Shown in pieces: positions 18,248 to 27,260 of a stretch of 64,000 nt of DNA. This DNA comes from an uncultured bacterium (GTDB lineage: Bacteria; CAZDME01; JAYEMH01). Both the position numbers and the translations under genes were made by a program. The notes under the pieces were generated by a model. The model was not told the DNA's origin. It searched no databases and saw only the letters and a list, made by a program, of their open reading frames with translations. The stretch is from assembly GCA_964506075.1 (NCBI GenBank), contig CAZDKO010000001.1, positions 25,637 through 89,636 of the forward strand, in the 5' to 3' direction. Numbering within the stretch: the stretch's first letter is position 1; every line of letters starts with the position of its first letter.

Positions 18248-19321
18248 ATGAAAAATCAAAAGCTATCTCCCGCTAAAATAATCGCTTTAACGGTAATTAT
18301 TCTGGTTTTAATTTTATATTTCTCGCGACTCTTTTTAGAACCGAAGGTGATTAAAAAAAGCCGGGTTCTAATGGGAACAATAGTTAATATCATTATATTT
18401 GATAGAGATTTAAAAAAAGGAGAGGTAGCTTCTGAACTGGCCTTCCAGGAAATGAAACGGGTAGAGCGGATGCTCTCTATAAAAGATGAATATAGTGAAC
18501 TTTCAAGATTAAACCAGAATGAAGATTTAAAGTTTCACCGGGTAAATCCGGAGATTATTTTTTTACTGAAAGAAAGCCGGAGAATCTCGCGTTTAAGTAA
18601 AGGGAAATTCAGTATTTGCGTCGGGCCGCTGGTTAATTTATGGGAAGAAAAACTGGGCGAGGGGCAGATCCCTACGGAAAAAGAAATAAAAAAAATTTTA
18701 CCCCTGGTAGATTATAGGAACATAGAGATAAATGAACGGAACAATATGGTCAGGTTCAGGAAAAAAGGAGTAAAGATTAACCTGGCCGCTATTGCCAAAG
18801 GTTATGCCGTTGACCAGGCGGCAAAAACACTGAGGAAAAGCGGTATTAAAAATTATCTGGTGGAAGCCGGAGGGGATTTATTTGCCTCGGGTAAAGGAAG
18901 TAATGGAAAAGACTGGCTGATTGGTGTAAAAAATCCCAGAGCAGCAAATATTCTTTTTGAATTTAGATGTACGGATAAAGGCGTAGCCACTTCAGGAGAT
19001 TACGAACGTTTTAAAATAGTAAATGAAAAACGTTATCACCATTTGTTTGATCCATGGTCTGGTTTTCCGGCGGAAAAAGTTATCAGCGTGACGATTATCG
19101 CTCCCAGTGCCATGACGGCTGACGCTTTAGCTACGGCGGTTTTTATTTCAGGAGAAAAAGACGGCCTGAAATTAATTGAAAAAACTAAAGGTGTCCACGG
19201 TATGATTATTGCGGAAAAAGACGAAAAAATAAAAATTTCCATGTCCAAAGGTTTCAAAAAATATTTTAAAATTAAAACCCGCCAAAAATTTTTTAAAAAT
19301 GTTATTTTTTCCCGTCGGTGA
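18248..19321 (+). CDS. apbE: FAD:protein FMN transferase (ApbE family)
   Basis: LAAIAKGYAVDQAAKTLRKSGIKNYLVEAGGDLFASG and ..ATSGDYERF.. are typical of ApbE. An N-terminal TM/signal anchor is present. Confidence 0.7.
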   Translation: MKNQKLSPAKIIALTVIILVLILYFSRLFLEPKVIKKSRVLMGTIVNIIIFDRDLKKGEVASELAFQEMKRVERMLSIKDEYSELSRLNQNEDLKFHRVNPEIIFLLKESRRISRLSKGKFSICVGPLVNLWEEKLGEGQIPTEKEIKKILPLVDYRNIEINERNNMVRFRKKGVKINLAAIAKGYAVDQAAKTLRKSGIKNYLVEAGGDLFASGKGSNGKDWLIGVKNPRAANILFEFRCTDKGVATSGDYERFKIVNEKRYHHLFDPWSGFPAEKVISVTIIAPSAMTADALATAVFISGEKDGLKLIEKTKGVHGMIIAEKDEKIKISMSKGFKKYFKIKTRQKFFKNVIFSRR

Positions 19322-19384
19322 TTAAAACAGCCGTTAATTTAAAATAAAAAAACAAAAAAATTTTCCAAAAATCACATTTTCTTC

Positions 19385-19414
19385 TTGACAAGGAAACTTG
19401 TTTCGTTATATATT
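19385..19414 (+). promoter_or_regulatory. Sigma70-like promoter upstream of the tiny Lys-rich ORF
   Basis: TTGACA (19385-19390), a 16-18-nt spacer, and TATATA/TATATT around 19407-19414. An aggagg RBS follows at 19440-19445. Confidence 0.3.
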
Positions 19415-19452
19415 TAATTAAGATGTTGTTTAATAACGAAGGAGGGGATAAA

Positions 19453-19503
19453 ATGGCGAAGAAAAAGAAAGCGAAAAAAGCCGCAAAGAAAAAGAAAAAA
19501 TAA
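19453..19503 (+). CDS. 16-codon Lys-rich micro-ORF (MAKKKKAKKAAKKKKK)
   Basis: Strong RBS ggaggg 7 nt upstream of ATG. The coding sequence is made of A-rich Lys codons. A promoter-like sequence lies upstream and an intrinsic terminator 38 nt downstream. Not in the supplied ORF track (too short). Confidence 0.25.
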   Translation: MAKKKKAKKAAKKKKK

Positions 19504-19540
19504 ATTTTAAATTTTAGATTGTTAGTTCTAAATGGTTAAA

Positions 19541-19567
19541 AGCAGGAGCGTAAGCTCCTGCTTTTGC
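19541..19567 (+). terminator. Rho-independent terminator after the micro-ORF
   Basis: agcaggagc-gtaa-gctcctgct forms a 9-bp perfect stem with a tetraloop, followed by tttgct. Confidence 0.55.
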
Positions 19568-19602
19568 TATGATGTCGCATCTTGCGGTAAAAGGGGGATT
19601 AA

Positions 19603-19740
19603 ATGTATAATAAGAAATTTTTGATTTTCGCAATTATTTTATTTTTTCTGGCTGGAATTAATTACGGGTGTTCAAAAAAAGAGAAAGGGCAGGAAGAAGA
19701 AAAAACAACTTATGATTTCGTCATCTGGGGAGAGAAGTAA
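19603..19740 (+). CDS. 45-aa small secreted or lipoprotein-like peptide (candidate)
   Basis: RBS aaggggga upstream of ATG. MYNKKFLIFAIILFFLAGINYGCSKKEKGQEEEKTTYDFVIWGEK has one hydrophobic helix then a Cys, followed by a charged tail. Confidence 0.25.
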   Translation: MYNKKFLIFAIILFFLAGINYGCSKKEKGQEEEKTTYDFVIWGEK

Positions 19741-19805
19741 CCCCAAGTTATTAATAAAAGATATTTAAGCTATATCAATTTGCATAACTTGTAAGTGAGG
19801 ATACA

Positions 19806-19889
19806 ATGCCAAAACCGAGAAGAAAAGGGAAATTGCGCTGGCGTTCTAAAAAAGCCAATAAGAGGCGCAGTCCAACCCGGGGCCGGTAG
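19806..19889 (+). CDS. 27-aa highly basic peptide (candidate small protein)
   Basis: RBS gtgagg 5 nt upstream. MPKPRRKGKLRWRSKKANKRRSPTRGR has 13 basic residues out of 27. Confidence 0.2.
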   Translation: MPKPRRKGKLRWRSKKANKRRSPTRGR

Positions 19890-20052
19890 TTTTAGAGTGC
19901 TAACGGGAAAGACTGATTCCTGATAAAAATTTTGTTGACAATATAGCGCATTTGAGGATATATTATTATATATAATATATAGGACTCATTCCCATATTAT
20001 ATGTGGATACATGCTTATATAGTATGTACCGGTTAATATAGGAGGAGAAAAG

Positions 20053-20319
20053 ATGATCAGGAACAGGGAAGAGGAAAAAGTACCGGTTACTGCTCCGCTT
20101 AAGATTTTAGAATATCGGACTTTAAGTAAAGGTTTTGGCTGGTGGTCAGCGGTTGTTTTACTTGAATCATGGGGAAGAAAACAACTTTGTTTTTATCTCT
20201 GGCAAAAAAAAGGTAATAAATGGGCCAGGAAACAAAAGTTCACCATCCAGAATCAGGAGCAATGGGAATATTTATCTGATTGCGTGGAAGAGTTAATTCC
20301 CAAACTCAGTGCTGAATAA
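20053..20319 (+). CDS. Hypothetical protein (88 aa)
   Basis: Strong RBS ataggaggag 6 nt upstream. No recognisable family. Confidence 0.4.
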   Translation: MIRNREEEKVPVTAPLKILEYRTLSKGFGWWSAVVLLESWGRKQLCFYLWQKKGNKWARKQKFTIQNQEQWEYLSDCVEELIPKLSAE

Positions 20320-20430
20320 AAAAATTTAAAAAAATTAAATTTAATACTTGACATAAAGAGCAATATTTTGTATAAATATACAAACCTAAATTTTTAGGGG
20401 GTGAAAAGAAAACCCATAGGAGGTAGATGG

Positions 20431-20856
20431 TTGAAAAGTCTGGGGAGACATGTGTTGCTGGAACTTTTTGACTGTGACGGTAAAATACTTAATAGTGAGA
20501 GTAAGGTGAGAGTTATTCTCCGGCGGTCGGCTGAAATTGCCAAGGCGAACATTGTCGGAGATTTTTTTCATCAATTCAATCCTTACGGAATAAGCGGGAT
20601 AATAGTCATATCTGAATCTCATTTCTCAATTCACACCTGGCCGGAGTATAATTACGCGGCCGTTGATTTATTCAGCTGTGACGACTCATTAAAGATAAAA
20701 AGCGCTATTGATTATATCAAAGAAAGTTTTAAAGCGCAGAAGACCACAATTTTAGAATTAAAAAGGGGCGTATTGAATTTGCCCCCTGACAAAATAGAGT
20801 ATAAACCTAAGTTTATTACGCAGCCTTACCGTTTGGAAGAAGTTAAGATACTCTGA
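20431..20856 (+). CDS. speH: S-adenosylmethionine decarboxylase proenzyme (pyruvoyl-dependent, SpeH type)
   Basis: HVLLELFDCD..NP.GISGIIVISESHFSIHTWPEYNYAAVDLFSC contains the ES|H self-cleavage site and IHTWPE. The likely start is TTG 20431, preceded by aggagg at 20417-20422. The track ORF starts at GTG 20401. Confidence 0.8.
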   Translation: MKSLGRHVLLELFDCDGKILNSESKVRVILRRSAEIAKANIVGDFFHQFNPYGISGIIVISESHFSIHTWPEYNYAAVDLFSCDDSLKIKSAIDYIKESFKAQKTTILELKRGVLNLPPDKIEYKPKFITQPYRLEEVKIL

Positions 20857-20881
20857 ATTTAAATAGAATAAGGAAATTAAA

Positions 20882-20919
20882 GAGAGGAGCAAGCCGTAGC
20901 GGCTCCTCTTTTTTTTTAA
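20882..20919 (+). terminator. Rho-independent terminator after speH
   Basis: agaggagc..gctcctct forms a GC-rich stem with an inner gccg/cggc extension, followed by T9. Confidence 0.7.
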
Positions 20920-20926
20920 TATGGGG

Positions 20927-20954
20927 TTGACTCCAATTTTTTTTGGCGTATAAT
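20927..20954 (+). promoter_or_regulatory. Near-consensus sigma70 promoter for tRNA-Val
   Basis: TTGACT (20927-20932), a 16-nt spacer, and TATAAT (20949-20954). The tRNA starts 15 nt downstream. Confidence 0.5.
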
Positions 20955-20968
20955 ATATTTGTTATTAT

Positions 20969-21045
20969 GGACGATTAGCTCAGCTGGATAGAGCACTGTC
21001 TTCACACGGCAGGGGTCGCTGGTTCGAGCCCAGCATCGTCCACCA
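20969..21045 (+). tRNA. tRNA-Val (anticodon CAC), CCA encoded
   Basis: Cloverleaf folded by hand. Acceptor GGACGAT/ATCGTCC; D arm GCTC-AGCTGGATA-GAGC; anticodon stem CTGTC/GGCAG with loop TTCACAC (CAC at positions 34-36); T arm GCTGG-TTCGAGC-CCAGC; discriminator A plus CCA. Confidence 0.85.
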
Positions 21046-21133
21046 ACCTGGCAGATAGCAAAGGGCAAATAGCTAATGGTTTATAATTAATAATTCTGGC
21101 GATTAGCCGTGTGCCACTTGTTCAAAAAGGCGG

Positions 21134-22846
21134 TTACTTATTGAGGTATTTTTTGATTTGTTCCAGGCTGTTCCGGGCGTCAAGGGCTTCCGGGGAAGAA
21201 GGATTAATCTCTATTACTTTCTTCCAGAGCGGGATAGCTCGTTCTAAATCGCCTTTATTGGCGTAAAGCATCCCGAGATTAAGATACCCTTTTAAATATT
21301 GAGGGTCAATTTTTATAGATTCCTGGTATTCTGCTTCAGCTTCTTTCCATTTTCCTTCCTGAGCATAAAAAAGCCCTAAAAGACAATAAGCCTCGGTAAG
21401 ACCCGGGTCAGATATCTTGGCCCGGCGGGCACATTCTTCCCCTTCTTTTAATCTTCCTTTCACCCAGTAGACCGCTCCCAGATTAACCAGGGCTTTAGCG
21501 TGGTCAGGTTGTAACTTAAGAAGGTTTCTAAAAGCTTTTTCTGCTTCTTCGTAGCTTCCTTCTCTTAAATAAATAGTGCCTAAATTATACCAGACCAGGA
21601 CTACCTCAGGATTATATTTCAAAATTTTTTGATACAGTTTAACCTCATTTTGCCATTGAAGGTTTTGTGTTACGGTGAGAGAGGCATAGTAGATAAAAAA
21701 AGGCATAAAGACAAAAATTAAAAATTTTTTCCGGTTGACCGCTTTTTCAATTATCCGGCCCAGGAGGGCCAGGAAGCCGATTGAAGGAATATATAACCAG
21801 TGCTCTGCTATCAAAGCATTAAGGCGCAATATATTCAAGAAAGGAAGGAGAAAGATAAAAAACCAGAAAGAGAAGAAGAAAGTAAATCGAGATTTATGAT
21901 AGCTCTTAATTGCCGCCCAGATAATTATAACCAGTAGGAAAGAAAAAATAATAAAGGCCGGGTCAAGAAACGATTTAACCAGATGATATCCTCTGGCCAT
22001 TTTAAGTTCCTGGGGGAATATGAGCAGGCCTAAATAAGAGAATAATATCTTTATTGAAGTAGCCAGTCTCAAGAAATAATCGCGGTTAAAATGGAAAGCC
22101 AGGTTAGTTTCGGTAAATTTAAGAAAATGAAAACGGAAATAAATGTATCCTAAAGCGGTGATAAAAAAAGGGGCCGGTTTTATTAAATTCCCCCCCTTTG
22201 AGGATTTTTCTCTAACGACGGGATTTATTTCCGTCTTCTCTTTGGCGAAACTTAATTCATACAGCAGCAGGATGAAAGGGAAAATCAAGGCCAATTCTTT
22301 AGAGAGCAGGGCACCCGTAAAGAATAACACGGAGCAGATGTAGCTAGAATTTGAATTTTTGCGGTAAGCAAGCAAAGAGAGCAGGATAAAAATAGTTACC
22401 AGGCTATCGGCTCTCCCGGCAATATAACTGACCGCTTCGGTATGTATCGGATGGATAGCAAAGAGTAACCCCGCCCAAAGCGCCGTCAGGTGTTTTTCTC
22501 CTATTTCAAGAACAAGAAAATAAACCAGGATAGAGGCCAGTAAATGAAGTATGAGATTGGTCAGGTGGTATCCCGCCGCCTTAAAATGCCAGATGTGATA
22601 ATCCAGAAGCAGGGTCAGCGTCTGCAAGGGGCGGTAGAAAGTACTTGCCTCTCCGGTAGTGTAAAAAAGATGATGAGTGAAAATATCCGGAATGAATTTC
22701 CAGTTTTGAATGAGCAGGTTTTTTTCTATTAATAAATGGTCATCCCACACAAATGGATTTTTTAGGGTATTAGAATATAAGGCGATACAGGAGACGCTGA
22801 TTAAGAATAACGCCAGGATAGTATTTTTATTCATTGGCTGTTTCAC
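21134..22846 (-). CDS. Polytopic membrane protein with a C-terminal TPR array (TMTC/PMT-like GT-C architecture), paralog 1
   Basis: About 11 predicted TM helices, with conserved NPFVWDDHLLI in the first loop. The C-terminal has about 5 TPR units (..YNLGTIYLREGSYEEAEKAFRNLLKLQPDH..). Confidence 0.5.
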   Translation of the reverse strand: MKQPMNKNTILALFLISVSCIALYSNTLKNPFVWDDHLLIEKNLLIQNWKFIPDIFTHHLFYTTGEASTFYRPLQTLTLLLDYHIWHFKAAGYHLTNLILHLLASILVYFLVLEIGEKHLTALWAGLLFAIHPIHTEAVSYIAGRADSLVTIFILLSLLAYRKNSNSSYICSVLFFTGALLSKELALIFPFILLLYELSFAKEKTEINPVVREKSSKGGNLIKPAPFFITALGYIYFRFHFLKFTETNLAFHFNRDYFLRLATSIKILFSYLGLLIFPQELKMARGYHLVKSFLDPAFIIFSFLLVIIIWAAIKSYHKSRFTFFFSFWFFIFLLPFLNILRLNALIAEHWLYIPSIGFLALLGRIIEKAVNRKKFLIFVFMPFFIYYASLTVTQNLQWQNEVKLYQKILKYNPEVVLVWYNLGTIYLREGSYEEAEKAFRNLLKLQPDHAKALVNLGAVYWVKGRLKEGEECARRAKISDPGLTEAYCLLGLFYAQEGKWKEAEAEYQESIKIDPQYLKGYLNLGMLYANKGDLERAIPLWKKVIEINPSSPEALDARNSLEQIKKYLNK

Positions 22847-24497
22847 TGAGCATCTTTTCCAGGTTATACTTAGCCTGTTCGTTTAGGGGATCTATGGATA
22901 AAACTTTATTCCATGTCTCTTCGGCTAAGGCTTTTTTACCTGTTTTTTCGTAATATATCCCCAGGTTATTTAATGTTCCCAGATGCAAAGGATTAACCGC
23001 CAGGGCTTTTTGGAAATATTGGTGGGCTAAATCACGCTCCCCGCTTAAAAAATAGAAAAGGCCCAGGTTATTCCAGGCGTCAAAATTAAGAGGGTCTAAT
23101 TCGGTAGCTCGGCTAAAGCATTTTCTGGCTTCTTCTAATTGTTGATTACGGATATAAGCCACTCCAAGGCTATTATATGAATCGCTGTCATTGGGTCTTA
23201 AAGCCAGCACTTTTTGAAACTGTACGGCGGCCTGAGAGTTTAAACCTTCATCAAGTAAAATCTGCCCCAGAAGATAATTGGCCCGGAAAGAATTCGGAGC
23301 GGCATCCAGGGTATGCCGGCAGAATTTGACTTTATCTCCCCACTCAATGTTTCTTTTAATGGTGAAGCTGCTGTAGAATATAAGCAGTAAAAACAGGATG
23401 GAATAGAACGAAACTTCGCTTTTAGTCAGATTTTTTAATCCGGAAATTACCAGGACAAAAAACCCGATAGAGGCAAGATATACCCAGTGTTCGGCAATCA
23501 GGGTATCCAGTTTTATGATATTTAGCATTGGAAGCAGAAGAACGAAAAACCAGCCGGTAAAGAAAAAAGTTATTCTGGAACGTTTATAAGTGAGAAACAT
23601 TAAATAGATAATAACGGCTAACCCCAGAAGAGGTAAAATAAAGGAATAATCCAGGAAAGATTGAGGCGGCATTAAACGGCGCTCTACATGGAGATTAACC
23701 GGGTAAAGAAGGAGTTGCAGGTAAATAAAGATAACCTTGCCGATACTGAAGAGGCGCGGTAAAAAATTATATACTGAATATTCTAAAACTTTATAGCCGG
23801 AAAATTCTAAAAGGTAAGCACGTAAGTAGATATAAAGGGCATCTGTAGCTATAAAGGGGAGGTATCTTGTAAGCCGGAAAACGTCTTTGAATTTATCCCT
23901 CCGGAAAGTAAAATCATAAAAAATCAGTAATAACGGGAAAATAAGGGCGTATTCTTTACAAAAAAGAGAAGGGATGAAAGAGATTATAGAAAGAAGGTAG
24001 AAAGACCTAATGTAGCACAGAAAGGCTAAAAGCAGAAAGACACCGACTAATAAATCTGCCCGTCCGGAGATATAAGTGACGGCCTGGGTATGAACAGCGT
24101 GAATTACAAAAAGGAGACTGCTGGCTAAAGATACGGCGTAATTTTTAGTAATGGTTTTAATTATAAGAAACATTAATACGGCGTTAGCAACGTGCAGGAA
24201 AACATTGGTCAAATGGTAACCCAAAGTGTCCAGTGTCCAGAACTGAAAATCCAGAAGATAAGTTAGTTCCTGTAAAGGGCGGTAAAAAAATGTATTGGAG
24301 CGGTAAAAACGAAACAAAGGAGTAGTAAATATATTCACTAAATTCTGCCAGCTCCTGATATATGGATTCCTTACTATCAGTATTTCATCATCCCATATGA
24401 AAGGATTGGGAAAACTATAGGAGTAGACGGCAATCCCTAGCCCCAGAATGAGTAATACAGCTTTAAGGTTTCTGGCTTTCTCAGTCTGTGAGTTCAT
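22827..24497 (-). CDS. Polytopic membrane protein with a C-terminal TPR array, paralog 2
   Basis: Same architecture; loop motif NPFIWDDEILI. The start overlaps paralog 1 by 20 nt. Confidence 0.5.
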   Translation of the reverse strand: MNSQTEKARNLKAVLLILGLGIAVYSYSFPNPFIWDDEILIVRNPYIRSWQNLVNIFTTPLFRFYRSNTFFYRPLQELTYLLDFQFWTLDTLGYHLTNVFLHVANAVLMFLIIKTITKNYAVSLASSLLFVIHAVHTQAVTYISGRADLLVGVFLLLAFLCYIRSFYLLSIISFIPSLFCKEYALIFPLLLIFYDFTFRRDKFKDVFRLTRYLPFIATDALYIYLRAYLLEFSGYKVLEYSVYNFLPRLFSIGKVIFIYLQLLLYPVNLHVERRLMPPQSFLDYSFILPLLGLAVIIYLMFLTYKRSRITFFFTGWFFVLLLPMLNIIKLDTLIAEHWVYLASIGFFVLVISGLKNLTKSEVSFYSILFLLLIFYSSFTIKRNIEWGDKVKFCRHTLDAAPNSFRANYLLGQILLDEGLNSQAAVQFQKVLALRPNDSDSYNSLGVAYIRNQQLEEARKCFSRATELDPLNFDAWNNLGLFYFLSGERDLAHQYFQKALAVNPLHLGTLNNLGIYYEKTGKKALAEETWNKVLSIDPLNEQAKYNLEKMLSETANE

Positions 24498-26349
24498 CAG
24501 TATCCCCTTCTAATTCAGATGTATCTTTTTTTAATTTTTCTAAATTATATTTTGCTTCCTGGTAATGCGGGTCAAGTTTTAAAGCTTTCATCCATTCTTT
24601 TTTGGCTTCATTTAGTTCATTCATTTCCGCATAGCATATCCCCAGGTTATTATGCAGTTCGGGAAAATTATTGTCAATAGATAACCCGGCCTTAAAGATA
24701 TCCCTGGCTTCTTCAATCTTTCCTTTCTGATAATAGAAGTTGCCTAATTTGTAGTAAGTATAAGCAAAACCCGGGTTTGTTTCCATCATTTTACGGTATA
24801 TCTGGACAGCTTTTTCATCTTCTCCTTTTTTGGAATATAGGTCGGCAAGGCTGAGATGAGCCTCTATATTCTCCGGGTCCGACTTTAATAAAATCTTCAG
24901 TTCTTCTTCAGCCTCATCTAATTTTCCGGTTTCAATTAGAACGGAAGCAAGGTTATGCCGGGCTTTAAAATATTGCGGGACCTTTTTTATAACTTTTTTT
25001 AAAAGAGCGGTTGCTTCAGGATATCTTTTTTGCTCGGAATATATCGAGGCAAGACAGATATCCATCCGGCTGGAATAAGGGGCTTTACGGGCGGTATATT
25101 CATAGAAAGTCAGAGGGTCTCTCCAGATTTGAATTTGTTTTATAGTCATATAAGAATAGATTACCAGAAGAAGGGTTAGAAAAAGCGGAATAAAGTTTTC
25201 TCCGATTTTTAGCTTTTCCATTGCCGGATGATTTTTTATTTTAAAAGCCAGCCAGGCCATAATAGCCAGAAAACCGGTTGAAGGCAGATAAAGCCAGTGT
25301 TCAGCCATCTGGGCGTTTAAGGGGATAATATTTAAAAAAGGGGAAAGCGTAATGACAAACAGTAAAGCAAAAAACCCCACGGCTTTATCTTTTCTGGAAA
25401 GTTTCAGGCAAAGATAAATAATAATTAGAATAAATATTAATGAAAAAATTACGCCAGAATCTAAAAAGCTTTCACTCCACGGGACGAATCTTTCCATATG
25501 GAGATTATAAGGAAATAAAAGAAGCAGGATATACTGGCTGATTATTTTTAGCTCGGTAATCATCCTTATCCCCCAGGACATATTCCACTGGTAGAAGTTT
25601 AAAGAATCGGCGGCGGTTAACTTAAGCCGGATAAACGCATATAAGAAGCCGATCATTAAGAACCATAAGAAAGGAAATAATTTTTGATTCAAACTTTCTT
25701 TTTTTAGAAAAATCAAGTTGTAAGCGAGGATTACAAAAGGAAAGACTAAATTTGACTCTCTGGAAAATAACGCCAGCAGGAATGAAAAAAGGGAAAGCGG
25801 GAATAAAAATTTGTTTCCTTTCTTCGCCTCAATATAAGTACTCAGTGCCAGTAAAATAAAAAGTGTCCCCAGAGGGTCGGCCCGCCCGGAAATATAGACG
25901 ACCGCCTCCGTCTGGACAGGGTGGACGAGGAAGAAAACCCCTCCCCATAAACTTATAAATAAATTTTTAAAAATTTGATAAAGAATTAAAGAAAACATAA
26001 CCCCACAGGAAATATGAATGAAACTATTAGACAGGTGATAACCGAAAGGATTTAGTCCCCAGAGGCGGTAATCCAGGGCGTAAGAAATCTCCTGTAGCGG
26101 GCGGTAGTATTTACTTTGTCCCTGGAGATGATGAAAAAGAAACCGGCTAAAAGAGAAATACCAGTTATGTAAACTTTTTATAAAATGGTTATCTTTAATT
26201 AAGTGGTCATCGTCCCAGACGAAATCGTTAGACCAGCTGAAAGAATAAACCGCTATTCCTATTAAAATTATTATCAGAAAATTTTTAAATAGTTGCGCCC
26301 GCATATCTTGTAAAAGACCAATTGTTTTTTGGTGTTTAAAATTGAGCAA
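24481..26349 (-). CDS. Polytopic membrane protein with a C-terminal TPR array, paralog 3
   Basis: Same architecture; loop motif NDFVWDDDHLI. The TPR units run to a C-terminal acidic tail. Confidence 0.5.
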   Translation of the reverse strand: MLNFKHQKTIGLLQDMRAQLFKNFLIIILIGIAVYSFSWSNDFVWDDDHLIKDNHFIKSLHNWYFSFSRFLFHHLQGQSKYYRPLQEISYALDYRLWGLNPFGYHLSNSFIHISCGVMFSLILYQIFKNLFISLWGGVFFLVHPVQTEAVVYISGRADPLGTLFILLALSTYIEAKKGNKFLFPLSLFSFLLALFSRESNLVFPFVILAYNLIFLKKESLNQKLFPFLWFLMIGFLYAFIRLKLTAADSLNFYQWNMSWGIRMITELKIISQYILLLLFPYNLHMERFVPWSESFLDSGVIFSLIFILIIIYLCLKLSRKDKAVGFFALLFVITLSPFLNIIPLNAQMAEHWLYLPSTGFLAIMAWLAFKIKNHPAMEKLKIGENFIPLFLTLLLVIYSYMTIKQIQIWRDPLTFYEYTARKAPYSSRMDICLASIYSEQKRYPEATALLKKVIKKVPQYFKARHNLASVLIETGKLDEAEEELKILLKSDPENIEAHLSLADLYSKKGEDEKAVQIYRKMMETNPGFAYTYYKLGNFYYQKGKIEEARDIFKAGLSIDNNFPELHNNLGICYAEMNELNEAKKEWMKALKLDPHYQEAKYNLEKLKKDTSELEGDTDELTD

Positions 26350-26355
26350 TATGGT

Positions 26356-27240
26356 TTATGAATTGGAAGACGAGTTAGGAATAGTTATTTCAACTGAAGT
26401 ATGCCCATATTGCTGGAATCTATTGGTTTTTATTTTGATATCACAGGGATTGCAGTGGCCGAAATGGTCGCAATCTCTGAATTTCTCTTCAATCTGAAAC
26501 CCCGGATTTAAAATATTCCCTATTACGTCTATCCCGGCGTAAAGGTCGGAGTGGCAGCGGAAGATATTACCGAGGCTATCCATGAGAAGTTCGGTTGTTT
26601 TACATTGCACTTTCTTTTTGAATTTTTTATCGCAGGCGCCGGGATATTTATAGGAACCATATAACTTTCCGTTATGTTCCCCGAGAAATTCTTTGAGGCG
26701 GAAATCAATCCCGAGTTTCCGGCATTTAATCTGGGCGTCTTTTATGATTTTTTCATAAGGTGGAAACATTACCGCCCAGATGCCGATGCTGAAATTTGCC
26801 TCTAACATCCGGAGTATTTTTTTGATTAATTCATCTAAATCCATTTGTTCCGGATGATAACTTACCCGGATGGAGGCATAAGGGGATTTTCTTTTAATCC
26901 TTTCGGGATCCACGGCTTTTATGAAATTTTCCACGTCAAACTGCAAATTAGTTAAAATGTCAAGATTAAGTTCCGGCTTTAAATTATTGATGATATAAAT
27001 AAAGTCCGGATGAAGACTTGGTTCTCCGCCCTGTAAAGTTACCGGCAGGTCTTCGCGTGAGATAAGCCGGTTAAGGGCTTTTACCCATTCCTGGCCTGAA
27101 ATCATTTTTCTCCTGATTACGCTCTGTTCAAAATTATTAATGCAAAAACTGCACTTTAGATTACAGGCAAAAGTTAAAAAAGCGGCAATGTAGTTATAAT
27201 GAGACGGTATTTTGATTGGTTTCATAATTTTCTGTTTCAT
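26356..27240 (-). CDS. Radical SAM protein with a C-terminal Cys-rich (SPASM/twitch-like) region
   Basis: CNLKCSFC (CX3CX2C) at residues 26-33. The C-terminal cysteines are ..CDKK..QCK..RCH..CDHFGHCNPCD. Confidence 0.6.
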   Translation of the reverse strand: MKQKIMKPIKIPSHYNYIAAFLTFACNLKCSFCINNFEQSVIRRKMISGQEWVKALNRLISREDLPVTLQGGEPSLHPDFIYIINNLKPELNLDILTNLQFDVENFIKAVDPERIKRKSPYASIRVSYHPEQMDLDELIKKILRMLEANFSIGIWAVMFPPYEKIIKDAQIKCRKLGIDFRLKEFLGEHNGKLYGSYKYPGACDKKFKKKVQCKTTELLMDSLGNIFRCHSDLYAGIDVIGNILNPGFQIEEKFRDCDHFGHCNPCDIKIKTNRFQQYGHTSVEITIPNSSSNS

Positions 27241-27260
27241 AGGGTCCTCTTTTAAAAAAA

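Noticed and set aside
19385-20052. rRNA, tmRNA or RNase P-type structured RNA in the long apbE-speH gap
   Set aside because: No conserved landmarks (for example the tmRNA tag reading frame with a tRNA-like end, or the RNase P conserved GGAA/ACA regions) could be recognised by eye. The region is better accounted for by three short ORFs with ribosome-binding sites, though a small RNA cannot be excluded without covariance searches.
20401-20430. GTG 20401 as the speH start
   Set aside because: The aggagg at 20417-20422 sits 8 nt before in-frame TTG 20431. SpeH proteins normally begin near the ..LGRHVLLELF.. segment, so the 5' extension is probably untranslated.
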